Of a stretch of DNA of 64,000 nucleotides, positions 1 through 11,951 are shown in pieces. Every line of letters begins with the position of its first letter. The stretch's first letter is position 1. The position numbers and the translations under genes are program-made. The DNA is from Eledone cirrhosa (Eukaryota): assembly GCA_964016885.1 (NCBI GenBank), contig OZ024743.1, positions 176,824,001 to 176,888,000 of the forward strand, in the 5' to 3' direction. Below the pieces are notes generated by a model that worked only from the letters and a program-made list of their open reading frames with translations, did not search any database and was not told where the DNA came from.

Positions 1-2250
1 AGTTTCTGCCTACTCCTTTCTTACACACAGAGCATGGCCATTTCCCAGAGGGTACCTGTGCCCTATTCTCCTTTCTGCATACTAGAACCTTAGTCTTAGA
101 CAAGTTAACTCTAAGGCCTTATGATTCAAAGCCATGCTTCCATGTTTGAAACTTCCTCTCTAGTTCAGCCATAGATTCAGCTATGAGAGTTAGATCATTC
201 GCATATAGAAGTTCCCATGGGCAGCCAGTCTTAAACCCATCTGTTATAGCCTGTAGGACAATAATAAACAGGAGGGGGCTAAGAATGGTAAACTCCTACC
301 ATTACGCTAAATTTATCACTATATTCTTCGTTAATTCTAACCTTGCTGACTGTATCTCTATACATGGCTTGTATAACTCTCATAAGCCATTCTTCCACTC
401 CTAGTTTTCTAAGAGCCCACCAGATTAAGGTGCGTGGGACTCTGTCAAATGCCTTCTCCAGGTCAACAAAAGCTAAGTAGAGGGGTTTACTGTTAGCCAG
501 GTACATTTCCTGCAAATGTCATACAAGGAAAAGAGCATCCGTGGTACTTTTACCTGGCACAAACCCAAAATGCATTTCATCTAGATCAATTTGGTCTCTA
601 ATCAGTTGAGTAATAACTCTTTCTGTGACTTTGATGATTTGGTCAACTAATTTAATACCCCTATAGTTTCCTCTATCCAGGGCGTCTCCTTTGCCCTTGT
701 AACAGTTGATGATGATGCTGCTACGCCAGTCATTTTGTATGACGCCATTCTGTATTACTTGGTTTACTCTCCGGATGACCATAGTATGTCCCACCATTCC
801 AGATACCTTCAACATTTCAGCAACTATCCCCGAAGGCCCAGCTGCTTTGCCTGTCTTCATATTTTTGATTGCCTTACTTACTACACTACCATCAACTTGC
901 ACAGCTGGTCCTTCTATTGGATCGATGTGGGGCAGACTATCTTTATTCCATTCATTCTCCACATTCAGTAGTCTCTCGTAGTGACACTTCCAAGCTACCT
1001 TCTTATCACTATCAGTGAGGGCAAGTACACTGTTATCATTACAGACACTCGTCTCCCCGACAATATCACAGTTCTCCTTGACACTTTGCCTCGTAATCCT
1101 GAATATCTCACATCTTTGGTCCTCCCGTTGTAGTATATGCTTGAACTTACTATCCTCTGCTTCCCTCTTTGCAAGGTATACTTAGCTACACGATAGTGTT
1201 CTCTACTACCCCCGTCCTGCCATTCTTTCCACGCCTGCTTTTTGCCCTTGATGGACTCCTCCACCTTACTGTTCCACCACCACTAAAGGCCTGCTCCAGC
1301 GACAGATTTCATCAGTCTCCTTCAACAGGTTAACTTTCAGGAATTCCCACTGTTCCTCTATATTGTATGACTCTTGTTGCTCTTCCTTACTATCAAAAGC
1401 ATCAAGTAATATGCCTTTGAATTTGTTACTGGCTGCGGGGTTCTTCAACTTCCATAATCTTCTCCTTAAGGTATTCTTCTGCCAGCAATTACCTCTGGCC
1501 CTGACTATGAGATCACTTACTATTAAATTATGTTGGGAGGTGCATTTTTCGCGAGGGTGGGACTTATTGTTCAAAACAGATACTTTGTCTCGTTTCCTAG
1601 TAAGGATAAAGTCTATCTGGCTGGTGTGCTCCCCTGATCTATATGTGATCAAATGACTGTCGTGTTTTTTGAAGTTTGTGTTGCAGACAGTCAGGTCATT
1701 TACATCACAGAATTCTAGGATCCTGAAGCCTTTCTCATTTCTAGTACCAAATCCATAACCTCCATGGACACCATCATAGCCATCACAATGTTGTCCAACA
1801 TGACCATTAAGGTCACCAGCAATAATTATATAGTCACTGTTGGGTATCTGGGAAGTAGTAAGCATTAGAGTCTCATAGAACCTGTCATTAGTAACATCTG
1901 GTAATCTGGATTGGGTTTCATAAGCAGAAATAATTGATACAGTTGTCCCATTTAGTATTAATCTTATTTTAATGATCCTGTCATTCACTCTATCAACGGC
2001 AATTACCTTGTCTGCCCATTTTTCTGCTAACATAATTCCAATACCACCCAGCCCGCTATCACAACCCATCCAGAAAAGCTTATAGCATTGTTTCCTGCCC
2101 ACAATGAATCTAGCAGACCCACTCCTCCACCTGGTCTCTTGAACACAACAGACATCGACTTCCTTACGTTCAAGCATCTCTACAACCTCGTTTGAGTGAC
2201 CTTTCAATGTGCCTACATTCATGGTACCAATTCTGAAATTTGCTGGGAGC
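1..2250 (-). mobile_element. RTE-clade non-LTR retrotransposon (decayed), APE endonuclease + reverse transcriptase; runs off the left edge
   Basis: ORF 1266-2276 has APE motifs (GTMNVGTL, CCVQETRW, IIAGDLNGHVG, SQIDFIL, SQHNLIV). ORFs 519-962 and 279-515 have RT motifs (KGKGDALDRGNYRGIKL, FGFVPGKSTTDA, LAFVDLEKAFDRVP). Positions 1-60 encode KWPCSVCKKG on the minus strand, matching the Cys-rich segment of the copy at 58772. Several frameshifts and stops. Confidence 0.92.
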
Positions 2251-2285
2251 AGCAGAATGGAATAGGAGCACAGCAAGGGGCGCGG

Positions 2286-2385
2286 GAGATGGAATTATGT
2301 TGGTCTTGGGCTTCCATATCTGATATGATAGGGGTGTGCGAGATGGAATTATGTTCGTCTTGGGCTTCCGTATTTGATATGATGA
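2286..2385. repeat. Two-copy ~54-bp tandem duplication just upstream of the RTE ORF
   Basis: gagatggaattatgttggtcttgggcttccatatctgatatgat is repeated as gagatggaattatgttcgtcttgggcttccgtatttgatatgat. Confidence 0.8.
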
Positions 2386-3065
2386 GGAGTGTTTGCATGC
2401 TCGTCCTGAAACGGGAGGTGAATTCATCTTTATCGTTGTGAGTGGTAATATTCCCCAACTCCGTAATCCATTTATTGTAGCGAACACTTAGGTCTAAGCT
2501 TAAGAAGTATCGGCCTTATGAGACAGATTAGTATTAGAAGCCTTATTATAAAACCGCAGAGTTTTGATTGGCCCAATAACTATGGTGGTGAGTGGGGGTG
2601 GGTGGGAGTGAAATGGTGACTTCCGGAAGACGGACATGCTTAGTCAACCTTTGTGAAATTCTTAATTCTAGCTTCTAATTCTAAATGGATACAGACAGGA
2701 AATATATTTTAAAATGTCTAAATTACAGTTTTTCCAACCGCTCCATTCCAAAATCTAGTAAACAACTAAAGCAGATGAAGAACACGAGGAGAGATTTCGT
2801 CATGTTTGAGCGTGGCTTAATAATGGAATTTCCTTAAATAAAGACAATTTTGGCTCCTATTTCTATCATGTAGAGCAGCTGCATAGGGCACCCATTGTTG
2901 GCTTGTAGTTGTTACAGTTGTTGTTGGTGGTGGAGGTAGTGATGGTGTGTAATTAATAACCTTCATAGTAATTATGGTGAAGGTGGTCATTGTAATGAAA
3001 GACAGGAAGAAGACTAGAATGAGACATGATAGAAGGAAGTGAAAAAATTCTTTAAAAAAAATAAA

Positions 3066-3380
3066 TCTATATTATAATAAAAGCGCTGTCTGTCTATCTG
3101 TCTATCCGTCTGTCACACTTACCTTATATATAGAGGGGGAGTACCAAGCGAGAGATATGTACATAGAGAGAGAGAAAAGGAACACTGTGTTTTCAAGGTG
3201 ACAGAAAGAGAGGTAGATAGACAGAAGTTTACATCACCCTTATCTATATATAGCGAGGGGGAGCATCAAGTGAAGAGGTGTATATAGATAGAGAAAGAGA
3301 GAGACAAGGAATGCCATTTGTTTAGAGACAGAGAGTGTATGTGACAGAAAGAGGGAGAAGACAATGTCACCCTCATCTAG
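3066..3380 (+). mobile_element. Non-autonomous Helitron-like element
   Basis: Starts A|TC(tatattataataaaag) and ends CTAG|T; has an internal (ctgt)n microsatellite and an internal ~130-bp duplication. Confidence 0.6.
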
Positions 3381-3396
3381 TATTAGTTAATCTTAC

Positions 3397-3587
3397 CGAA
3401 TTTTTGAAAGTTTCTGTAAAATGATGCTAAGTTTTTCAAATATTTTATCATCCATGTTTGTAGCACGTAAGACTACAGCAACTGTCCGAAACCAAGCTTC
3501 GTTACTGCAACTCATTAGGAACTGATTCAAATAAGGTGACTCCATTGACAATGGAAGGAACACATCAACAGCATTATTAACCAAAGT
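3397..3587 (-). CDS. CCDC138: Internal coding exon of a CCDC138-like gene (TLVNNAVDVFLPLSMESPYLNQFLMSCSNEAWFRTVAVVLRATNMDDKIFEKLSIILQKLSKIR)
   Basis: Acceptor ttcctaatttcAG (AG at 3589-3588) and donor GTaaga (3396-3395); phase 0 to phase 2. The peptide matches the C-terminus of vertebrate CCDC138 as I recall it (FLEACSN..FFRT...LEKLSIILQKLSKIK). Confidence 0.85.
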
Positions 3588-3869
3588 CTGAAATTAGGAA
3601 AATTTGGTGAGTGTCTTTATAATTCTCTACATACTTACATCAAGGTTACTAAGGACCAACATTCTATTCGTACAGTATCAGATACACATACTCATAGCAT
3701 GTAAACCCTTACAGGGTGGATTGAGTGCTGCCTCTTGTGTCATGTTTCTAGCATGACCTCATTACAAAGTGGACTGAGTGATTTTTTTGCTGTGGCACCA
3801 AATCACCATGCAGGGTGGACTTGGTGATTTTTTGTTGAGGCACCTGATCATCATATGTGCATTGATCCC

Positions 3870-4140
3870 ATATAAAACCTACCTTCTTTACTAGCCTACC
3901 TGAGACCCCACTACATTTCATTTACCCATAGTCTGCATTTAGGATATAGGATGGAATTTCTACCCAATCCATTCCTGCACACTGAGCAAGGCCATTTCAC
4001 TGAAGGGATCAGGACCCAGTTTTTCTTTCTACTTTTACCAAAAATAAAAAAATAGATGTATTTCTTGTACTACACACCGTGAATGTGCCACTAAAACTGA
4101 TCTAAGGCCAAACTAGCAAACACCTGCAACTACCAAATAA
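3870..4140 (-). mobile_element. Degenerate RTE LINE fragment
   Basis: ccattcctgcacactgagcaaggccatttc reads KWPCSVCRNG on the minus strand, the same Cys-rich segment as the other RTE copies. Confidence 0.6.
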
Positions 4141-4148
4141 CTCTGTTA

Positions 4149-4440
4149 CTATCATTTCACCTCCAGCTTCAGCTGTGAAACAACACCAATATTTCCACCA
4201 TGATACTTCTACAATTTCTAGCTTCAACTTCTAAAAATACTTAGAGAAAAAAGAAAGGATGATTTTTGTTGATTTCCAGCTATCATTTTATCTCCACCTT
4301 CGGCTATCAGACAAAACCAGTTTTTTCAACATGATATATCTGCAATTTCTAACTTTAACTTCTAAAAACTCATACATAGTGAAGAAGGTGATTTCTACTC
4401 TGCTGCAATTTCACCTCCGACTTTTTTTGCTATGAGGCAA
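4149..4440. repeat. Diverged ~130-bp tandem repeat (~2.3 copies)
   Basis: ctatcattt..ctcca.cttc.gct...catgata...ct.caatttcta.ctt.aacttctaaaaa recurs at ~4149 and ~4280, with a partial third copy near 4405. Confidence 0.6.
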
Positions 4441-4867
4441 CTGAACAATTTCTGGTCTGGTAAAGAATTTTAGGCTGAATCACTGATAAGTCATCTAAGA
4501 GCGAACATTTTGAATAAATAACTATGTTTTAAAATAAAGTAGAAATATAAGCTTATGCTGTATTTTGACTAAAGAAATTAGTCTGATAGTGTGGATTTTT
4601 TAAAACCCTCTGATTGGAAAGGATGAGTATTGACGTTGAATCCACATTTTTGGTTATCCAGAGCACTGTGCTACCAATGTCCACTAACAGGCTAATTTCT
4701 TTAGTTAAAATATGACATAACTTATATTTCTACTTTATTTCAAACTTTGCTCGCTGTTTCAAAACAAACTTGCTTTGTCTTTATATACTATAACTATGTT
4801 TAATTTTATGATATGCATTGTTTGGGTTTCTAAGTCATTTGAAATTTAATATTGCTATAATGCAATA

Positions 4868-7800
4868 TCATCTGGCCTCTGTTAAAGCTGGGCATGAAAA
4901 TCGGATTACCTTCTGAACACGCCTAGGCCTACCACCTGATGTACGTCCAAAGCTACGTGCTGCTGCTTCCTTGAATCGGAACTCAGCACAACATGAAAGT
5001 TTTAGTCTGCATGATGATGGGCAGATCTGGAGGTTTGTTAAGGCTGGTGAAACGTGGAAGAGAGATACCAGCTGGTATGAGTGCGCTCTACCCACAATAA
5101 CTGGCAATGAAAAAACTGCAACAACTCTGGGAAACTAAATCAGAACAACCCGCCATCCTCTACACACCATCATAAACTGCAAGCAGGGTACAAATTGTTG
5201 TCCTTAAATGCTCGCAGTTTATGCAACAAGATACATCTATTTAACTCCTACGTCAGAAGCATCGACCCTGACTTCATCACAGTCACGGACACATGGGCAC
5301 ATTCCTTACTCTGTGATGGGGTTTTCAGCATTACTGGGTACAACGTGTTCCGCAAGGGCCGCATTAATCGCCGTGGTGGTGGTGTGATGGTCTACGTTCG
5401 TCCAAATTTTTCAGTAATTCCTTGCGTTGATTTGAACGAATCACAAGAAGTTTTTTTCTGTGACATACATATGACCATGTCAACATTTCTGCTTGGTGTT
5501 GTTTATCGCCCCCTCCAAAAAAAAACTACCATCAAGACACACAGCTGTGCGATATCCTCAGAGCTGCTGCTAGGAAAACAGCCACTTATGTGTTTATTGC
5601 AGGTGACCTCAATCATCCTGAGATCGATTGGGAAACCTTTCGTTGGCCACAAAGTGCAAACGATTTCCTTGAGCTAGTGCTGGACTCAAACTGGTCACAA
5701 GTAGTCACCTCTCCAACAAGAGGTGACAACACTTTAGACCAGCTCTTCACCACTACTCCTGAAGTGGTTATCAGTTGTACTACTGAGTAACCTCCAGGCG
5801 ACTCTGATCATGCTATGATCATTGCCAATCTGGCTCTTGCGGGCAGCACCAGAACCATCTCCAATCTGCTTGCTTTGATTGGAAGAAAGCAGATTGGAAC
5901 TTGTACTGCACTGAGCTACAGCATCCAAACTGGCATAAGTTCTATAACTCTGGAGATGTGAACACTATACTCCATAGCATCCTGGACTCAATATGGATAG
6001 CGTGTGCAGCATCAGTGCCACGTAAGCAGAAAAAAACCCACCCTAAAAGTGCAATTTGGGAAACTTCAGCGGTCCGACTTGCCAGGAAATAATGTTGGAC
6101 TACTGAATGGGAATATAAACTGCATAAATCAGATGCCAACAGAAAAGAGCGGAATAAATCTTCCAACCATCTCAAGCAAGTGACAAAAAAGGCAGTGCTT
6201 GAATTTGAACAGTGCATAGCAACCTATCCTGATAGTAAGGTGTTCTGGAAATATGTACATTCAAAGCAGAGACCTCACTCTCCAGTTGGTCCTCTTTGCA
6301 ATCCCCACACAAGCCAGATCACTGACGATCCCAAAGAATGCGCAGAACTCATTGCTGATTGCTATGCAAGCATTTTTACTGTTGAAAACCAGAATGTACC
6401 ATCTCCACCATCTCTAACATCAAATTCCATAACAACTATGGAAGTTACACCTGTAATGCTGCGACATCATCTTAAGAATAAACGCAACTATGCCTCCCCT
6501 GGTCTTGATGGTGTTACATACCTGCTCTCAACGTGGCAGGTACTTCCTTTTGCACCAGCTTTCTTTCTTCTTTCAATACTGTCTCAACAATGGTGCTACT
6601 CCGGAGCAGTGGAAAACTGCCAGTGTCGTTCCCCTGTTCAAAAAGGGCGACCGCACGTCACCTGTCAACTATCGTCCAGTCAGTCTTACTAGCTGTATTG
6701 CCAAACTGATGGAATCCTGTGTCAGAGAATCACTTTAGAACTTCTGGAGCTCTCACAGCCTCATCCGGCCCTCGCAATTTGGATTTATCCCTAACTCCAG
6801 CTGCTGTGATCAGCTTATCGAGTTCCTTGAAGACATTACTTGGATCACTGACAGCAGCTCATGGGTGGTTTACCTTAACTTCGCTGAGGCTTTTAATTCT
6901 GTGCCACACAAAAGACTTATGGCGAAACTCCCTGCAATGGATGTGAGGGATGATCTTTTTAACTGGTTGAAATCCTTCATTCTCAGCCGAAAAGAGGTAG
7001 TCACAGTTCTAGGACAGTATTCTTCACCATATGAGATGTTATCTGGTGTACCACAGGGATCTATTCTTGGTCTCCTTTTGTTTGTTGCATACATTAATGA
7101 CATAGATGCCAACTTAAGGAATGCCACAGTACTGAAATATGCAGATGACATCAAGCTGTACTTTGAAATCAAAAGGACAGATCCTGAAATCTATAACTCT
7201 TTCCTACAATCAGACCTGGACACAATGCAGCAATGGATCACAGACTGGCAACTGAAGCTGGCTGTGGGCAAGTGTACCACCATGCATTTTGGGAGGAAAA
7301 ATCCAGCGTCCACATACTCCCTCCACAACACTGATATGAAGAAGTCCTCTTGTGAACGTGACCTGGGCATTACTGTCAGCAGCGATTTGCGTTGGACAAA
7401 GCATGTCTCTAAGATTGTCAAGAAGGTCGAAGGCGTCTTGGCATCACTCAGCAAGACCTTTGTTAGCCGTTCTCCAGCCATCTATTTAAAGCTGTATACA
7501 GCTATGGTACGACCACACTTGGAATTCGCATCATCAGTCTGGAACCCCTACCTTGCTCAGAACATTGACCTCCTGCAAACTGTTCAGAGACATGCAACCA
7601 AGCGCATACCCTCCGTCAGACACCTACCATACTCTGAACGCATTGCTTCCCTGGGTATGGATTCATTGAAGCTCCGACGTCTGGCAATGGACTTGGTAAA
7701 CACCCACAAAGTTATTAACCATCTCGCCAACAACAACCCTGAGCACCTTTTTGATCTCTATGTGTCTAACACACGTGGACATGCCTACAAAGTCAGAAAA

Positions 7801-8073
7801 CAGCACAGCTCCCATGACTTTCGGAAACATTTTTTCACGCTCAGAGTTGCTGAAGCATGGAACAAACTACCTGCATCAGTTGTTAGCTGCTGAGACACTG
7901 TATCCTTTAAAACCCTCATGCTTCCCAAAATTCGCCAAGACTACACCTGATGTCCCCCTTCCATACACATGCACACATGTATATCATCACTCATGCACTG
8001 TTCATTTTCCTGACGTTTGAGTTGTAGTGCACCTGAGCACTGTACACAATATTTTCATTATTATTATTATTAT
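4868..8073 (+). mobile_element. CR1-group LINE (near-complete ORF2, decayed): APE endonuclease + RT, 3' stem-loop and (att)n tail
   Basis: APE motifs LSLNARSL, GGGVMVYV, GVVYRP, IAGDLN, PTRGDNTLD. RT motifs PLFKKGDR..NYRPVSLTS, AFNSVPH, SGVPQGSILG, KYADD, ERDLG, MVRPHLEFASSVWNPY, TRGH..WNKLP. 3' end has agtgc-acctga-gcact followed by (att)n. Confidence 0.93.
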
Positions 8074-8086
8074 TTAAACATGTGTG

Positions 8087-8129
<43 letters not shown>

Positions 8130-8195
8130 TGTAAACGAACAAACACAAACTTAGAATACAAAAGAAAGACAATAAAGAGATATTGAGTTACAAAC

Positions 8196-8320
8196 CTTGT
8201 GAATAGGTTTCAGATACTGTAGCACAACAGGAGTTCCTTGATAAGTGAGAAACAATTCTTTACCCTGATCACATTTCAGTTCATTTTTCAGATCATCAAG
8301 TACATTGGCTAATAAATCCA
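8196..8320 (-). CDS. CCDC138: Internal coding exon of a CCDC138-like gene (xDLLANVLDDLKNELKCDQGKELFLTYQGTPVVLQYLKPIHK)
   Basis: Acceptor ttttttatttacAG (8322-8321) and donor GTttgt (8195-8194); phase 1 to phase 0, so it splices in frame to exon 3587-3397. Resembles recalled CCDC138 DYLAQ..DLKTEEGKTLFLEYQAVPVILSHL. Confidence 0.83.
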
Positions 8321-8371
8321 CTGTAAATAAAAAATATAAAATTATATTTACGTGTGTGTATATATATATAT

Positions 8372-8646
8372 GAACGAGTAGGACCCGGACGGCTGAGCTC
8401 AAGCCGTTTCGACGGCTAATTCTGGACTCAAAAATTGTCCAGAATTAGCCGTCGAAACAGCTTGAGCTCAGCCGTCAGGGTCCTACTTGTTCCTATTACC
8501 CACTCTACTACCCTAAGTATTGAGTACTTTGGTGCGCTATGGTCCACCTGGTTCCTTACCACATTTCCTCCGTTATATATATATTTATATATATATATAT
8601 ATATATATTTAGGAACGAGTAGGACCCCGACGGCTGAGCTCAAGCC
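8372..8646. mobile_element. Foldback element, probably a Penelope-like terminal repeat, in (TA)n; copy 1
   Basis: 56-bp inverted arms at 8372-8427 and 8437-8492, unique tail to ~8575, third partial arm at 8611-8646; second copy at 14567-14760. Confidence 0.7.
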
Positions 8647-8849
8647 ATTTGTTTTCTTCTAGTCTGTTCTCTCTTAAAACATCTCAAACAGTATTTGAGC
8701 TTTCTTTTATTTTTAATTCAAATTTCTTGTAAAAGATAAGTAATTATTTTTCTGTGTGGTTATTTCTTATTATTTTTCGTTTTAAAAGAGTTATTTCAGC
8801 TTCAATTTATCTTTTTGATGAGACACGTAAAGGGCCATAAATCTATGCT

Positions 8850-9205
8850 TTGCAGCATAGAGTTATGGCCCTTTACGATCTGAGTTCAAATCCCACCGAG
8901 GTTGCCTTTCATCCTTACGGGGTCGATAAAATAAAGTACCAGTAATGCACTGGGTAATTGCTGGCCTTGTGCCTAAAGTAGAAACAATTATTATTATAGA
9001 GGGCGGTGAATTGGCAGTATCGGTAGAGGGTCGGACACCATGCTTTGAGGTATAGAGTTACGGCCCTTGCCATTCTGAGTTCAAATTCCGCCGAGGTTAA
9101 CTTTGCCTTTAGTCCTTACAGGGTCGATAAAATAAAGTACCAGTAATGCACTGGCTAATTGCTGGCCTTGTGCCAAACGTAGAAACAATTATTATTATTA
9201 TTATT
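8850..9205 (+). mobile_element. Two tandem tRNA-derived SINE copies (first 5'-truncated, second ~full length at 9001-9205)
   Basis: A-box-like tggcagtatcggt, B-box gagttcaaattcc, shared body ggggtcgataaaataaagtaccag...ggccttgtgcc, (att)n tail. Confidence 0.85.
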
Positions 9206-9959
9206 AAATATACAATATATGCATGTTACTTGAGGATCATCATCATCATCATCATTTTTACATCCACTTTTCCCTGATTGCAAGGGTGGGACTTGATATA
9301 TAATTTAAATCTATTTAGTATATGTTAAAGGTAAATTGTAAACAAAGCCAACACATGCCTCTAGTATTTGATACCTAATATTTAAAACTCACAGTAATAA
9401 TTGTTAAAATCATATTTATCTATTTATTTGGATCCGCGTGATTTTATTTTATTTTATTCCATTTTATTTTTATTTATTTATATTTATTTTTCTCATGAAT
9501 ACGTACTTTTTGAAGTGTCTCGGATATTATTTAAAGAAGCATACTAATAATTATAATTAACATTTGTTTGTTCAAGTTACTAAGCATACCTCTCTCTGTT
9601 GCTGGTTTTCTTTCACACTGTCTCTCTCTCTCTTCTTGCTCTTTGGATTTTCATGCTCTGCCTCTATCTCTCTTGTTCGCTTTAACCTTCTTCCTACCCT
9701 TCCCTCTCTCTCACTTTAACCTTCTCCCTACCCTTCCCTCTCTCTCTCTCTCTCTCTCCCCTCTACAGCAAAATGGACCACATGCAAGGAGGAAATGCAA
9801 ATAGAAGCCAACAAAATTGGACAAAGATAGAACTGGAGGTGATGATCAAAGGATGGAGACTGGCTGATGGGTTGCTGCCCTCATAGCGCCACATATGGCC
9901 TTGCTAAGCTGTGTCCTCAGGGAGGAAGAAAACAAAGAAAAAGAAAAGGAAGAAAATAT

Positions 9960-10780
9960 AAACACTGACTACAAAGGGTCTACGGAAAACAACATGCAGT
10001 TTAATGCTGGAAAATGTCAAGCCCAACAATACCAGCCTGCTAACACAAAGACAGTACAACATAGCTATACCAGACCAGGAGGGATCGAAATCCCTGTGTC
10101 GAAATTGATATGAGACCTCGGGATAGACATGAGCGACGATGCATCTTTTTCTTCACACATCATGAGGGTGGCGACAATGTACCGACGACTTGCTGGCTGG
10201 ATCTTGAGGACTTTCCGGACAAGAGACAGAGAGACTATGTTGATACTATGGAGGACATTTGTCCTAAGCTGACTGGACTACTACTCCCAACCGTGGTCAC
10301 CCCATAGTATCAAACTAACTACGGAGCTTGAGACAATCTAACGAAGCTACACCAAGAGGATTTCCACGATGAAGGAGATGAGTTACTGGGAGATGCTAAA
10401 AAACTGAACCTCTGATATGCATGTGGAAAATCCTGGAGGAACTAGCACCAAACTTTGGCATTGGGAGTTGAACCAACCCTCAAACAGGATGTCACTGTGT
10501 GGTGCCATAGGTCCCGTCTTTCACATCTAGAATAAGGAGCAGATATTACAATAGCCTGGGGTTCAAAGGCCCTCAACTCTTCAACAAGCTGCCAAGAAAT
10601 TTGAGAGAACTGCATGGTGTGGATGTATTCAAGAAACATCTTGACACTCTACTATCCAGGATCCCAGATGAGCCCACAGCATGGTATGAAGGTAACCTAA
10701 GAGCAGCAGCAACAAACCACCACTTACACCAATGGCCATCCAACACAAGCTGGAGATACAACATGTAGCAACAAAGGCGT
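9960..10780 (+). mobile_element. CR1/L2-group LINE 3' fragment (decayed RT C-terminus)
   Basis: Across frameshifts it reads NNMQFNAGKCQ, RDLGIDMS, LAGWILRTFRTRDRETMLILWRTFV, LDYYSQPWSP. Confidence 0.75.
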
Positions 10781-11043
10781 TCCCCAACATGGCCTCAGCC
10801 GGATGGCTGGAACAGGTAAAAGAGTATAGCGAGAGAGAGTCTGTGGTGCTGAGACCAGGGAGCCCACAAATCATGGGAGCACTCAATACATGAGGAGATG
10901 CAGAGTGGGTATAGAGATATGTAAAATACTGACCATGGTGCCAAGCTTGGTGTTGCAGTCGGGATTCTACATATCTCCCCTGTTCTCTCTCTCACACACA
11001 CATACACACCCACGTATGTTTAAGACTGGGCATAGATCTGATA

Positions 11044-11097
<54 letters not shown>

Positions 11098-11305
11098 CGT
11101 TTCTGAATTTGTTTAGCAAGATTCTTTATCTGAAAACGTGTGTTGAAACCGATATTGTTATACTTTGGGAGAGTCATGTTGCCAATAAGAAACACATGCA
11201 CCAGTTGCTTTCACTTCAATTTATTATAATAAATTTATAAATTTAAGAATTTATAAATTTCCGGTTGGTTGGTTGGTTCCACAACCAGATGATTGTTTAT
11301 ATATT

Positions 11306-11348
11306 GTCAAAGTTCTTTCGTCACACATTCTGTGACCTCTACAGTGAC
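11306..11348 (-). ncRNA. Mirror hammerhead motif with core mutation (CUGUAGA), probably inactive
   Basis: Reverse complement is gtca-CTGTAGA-g-gtcacagaatgtgtgac-GAAA-gaactttgac. Confidence 0.55.
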
Positions 11349-11908
11349 TGAGGATTCTTTTCTTTGTTTTTGTGCCTCTCCTTTGTTCTGTCCCATGCCA
11401 TCTTGTTTTTGTGTGTGTTGTGTGCTTAGTTTGCGCATGTGTTACATCCGGGTGTCTGTGTGTGTTTATATTTGTTTATTTACATGTTACTGGTTGGTTG
11501 TTTGTTCTATGTGCATGTGTGTTTTCATTTTGTCCTTAATTGTAAGTTGTGATGTTGCTGTTCCATTCATGTTTTCTATTTAATTTTGGTTGGAGTTCAT
11601 TTATGTTTATTGCCTCTGTGATCACAGAGGCAGTAAACATAAATGAACTCTAACCAAAATTAAATAGAAAACATGAATGGAACAGCACCATCACAACTTA
11701 CAATTAAGGACAAAATGAAAACACACACACACACATAGAACAAACAACCAACCAGTAACATGTAAATAAACAAATAAATAAACAAATATAAACACACACA
11801 GACACCCGGATGTAACACATGCGCAAACTAAGCACACAACACACACAAAAACAAGATGGCGTGGGACAGAACAAAGGAGAGGCACAAAAACAAAGAAAGG
11901 AATCCCCA

Positions 11909-11951
11909 GTCACTGAAGAGGTCACAGAATGTGTGACGAAAGAACTTTGAC
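11909..11951 (+). ncRNA. Minimal type I hammerhead ribozyme motif
   Basis: gtca-CTGAAGA-g-gtcaca(gaatg)tgtgac-GAAA-gaac-TT-tgac: stem I gtca/tgac, intact core, 6-bp stem II, very short stem III as in Penelope minimal hammerheads. Confidence 0.72.
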
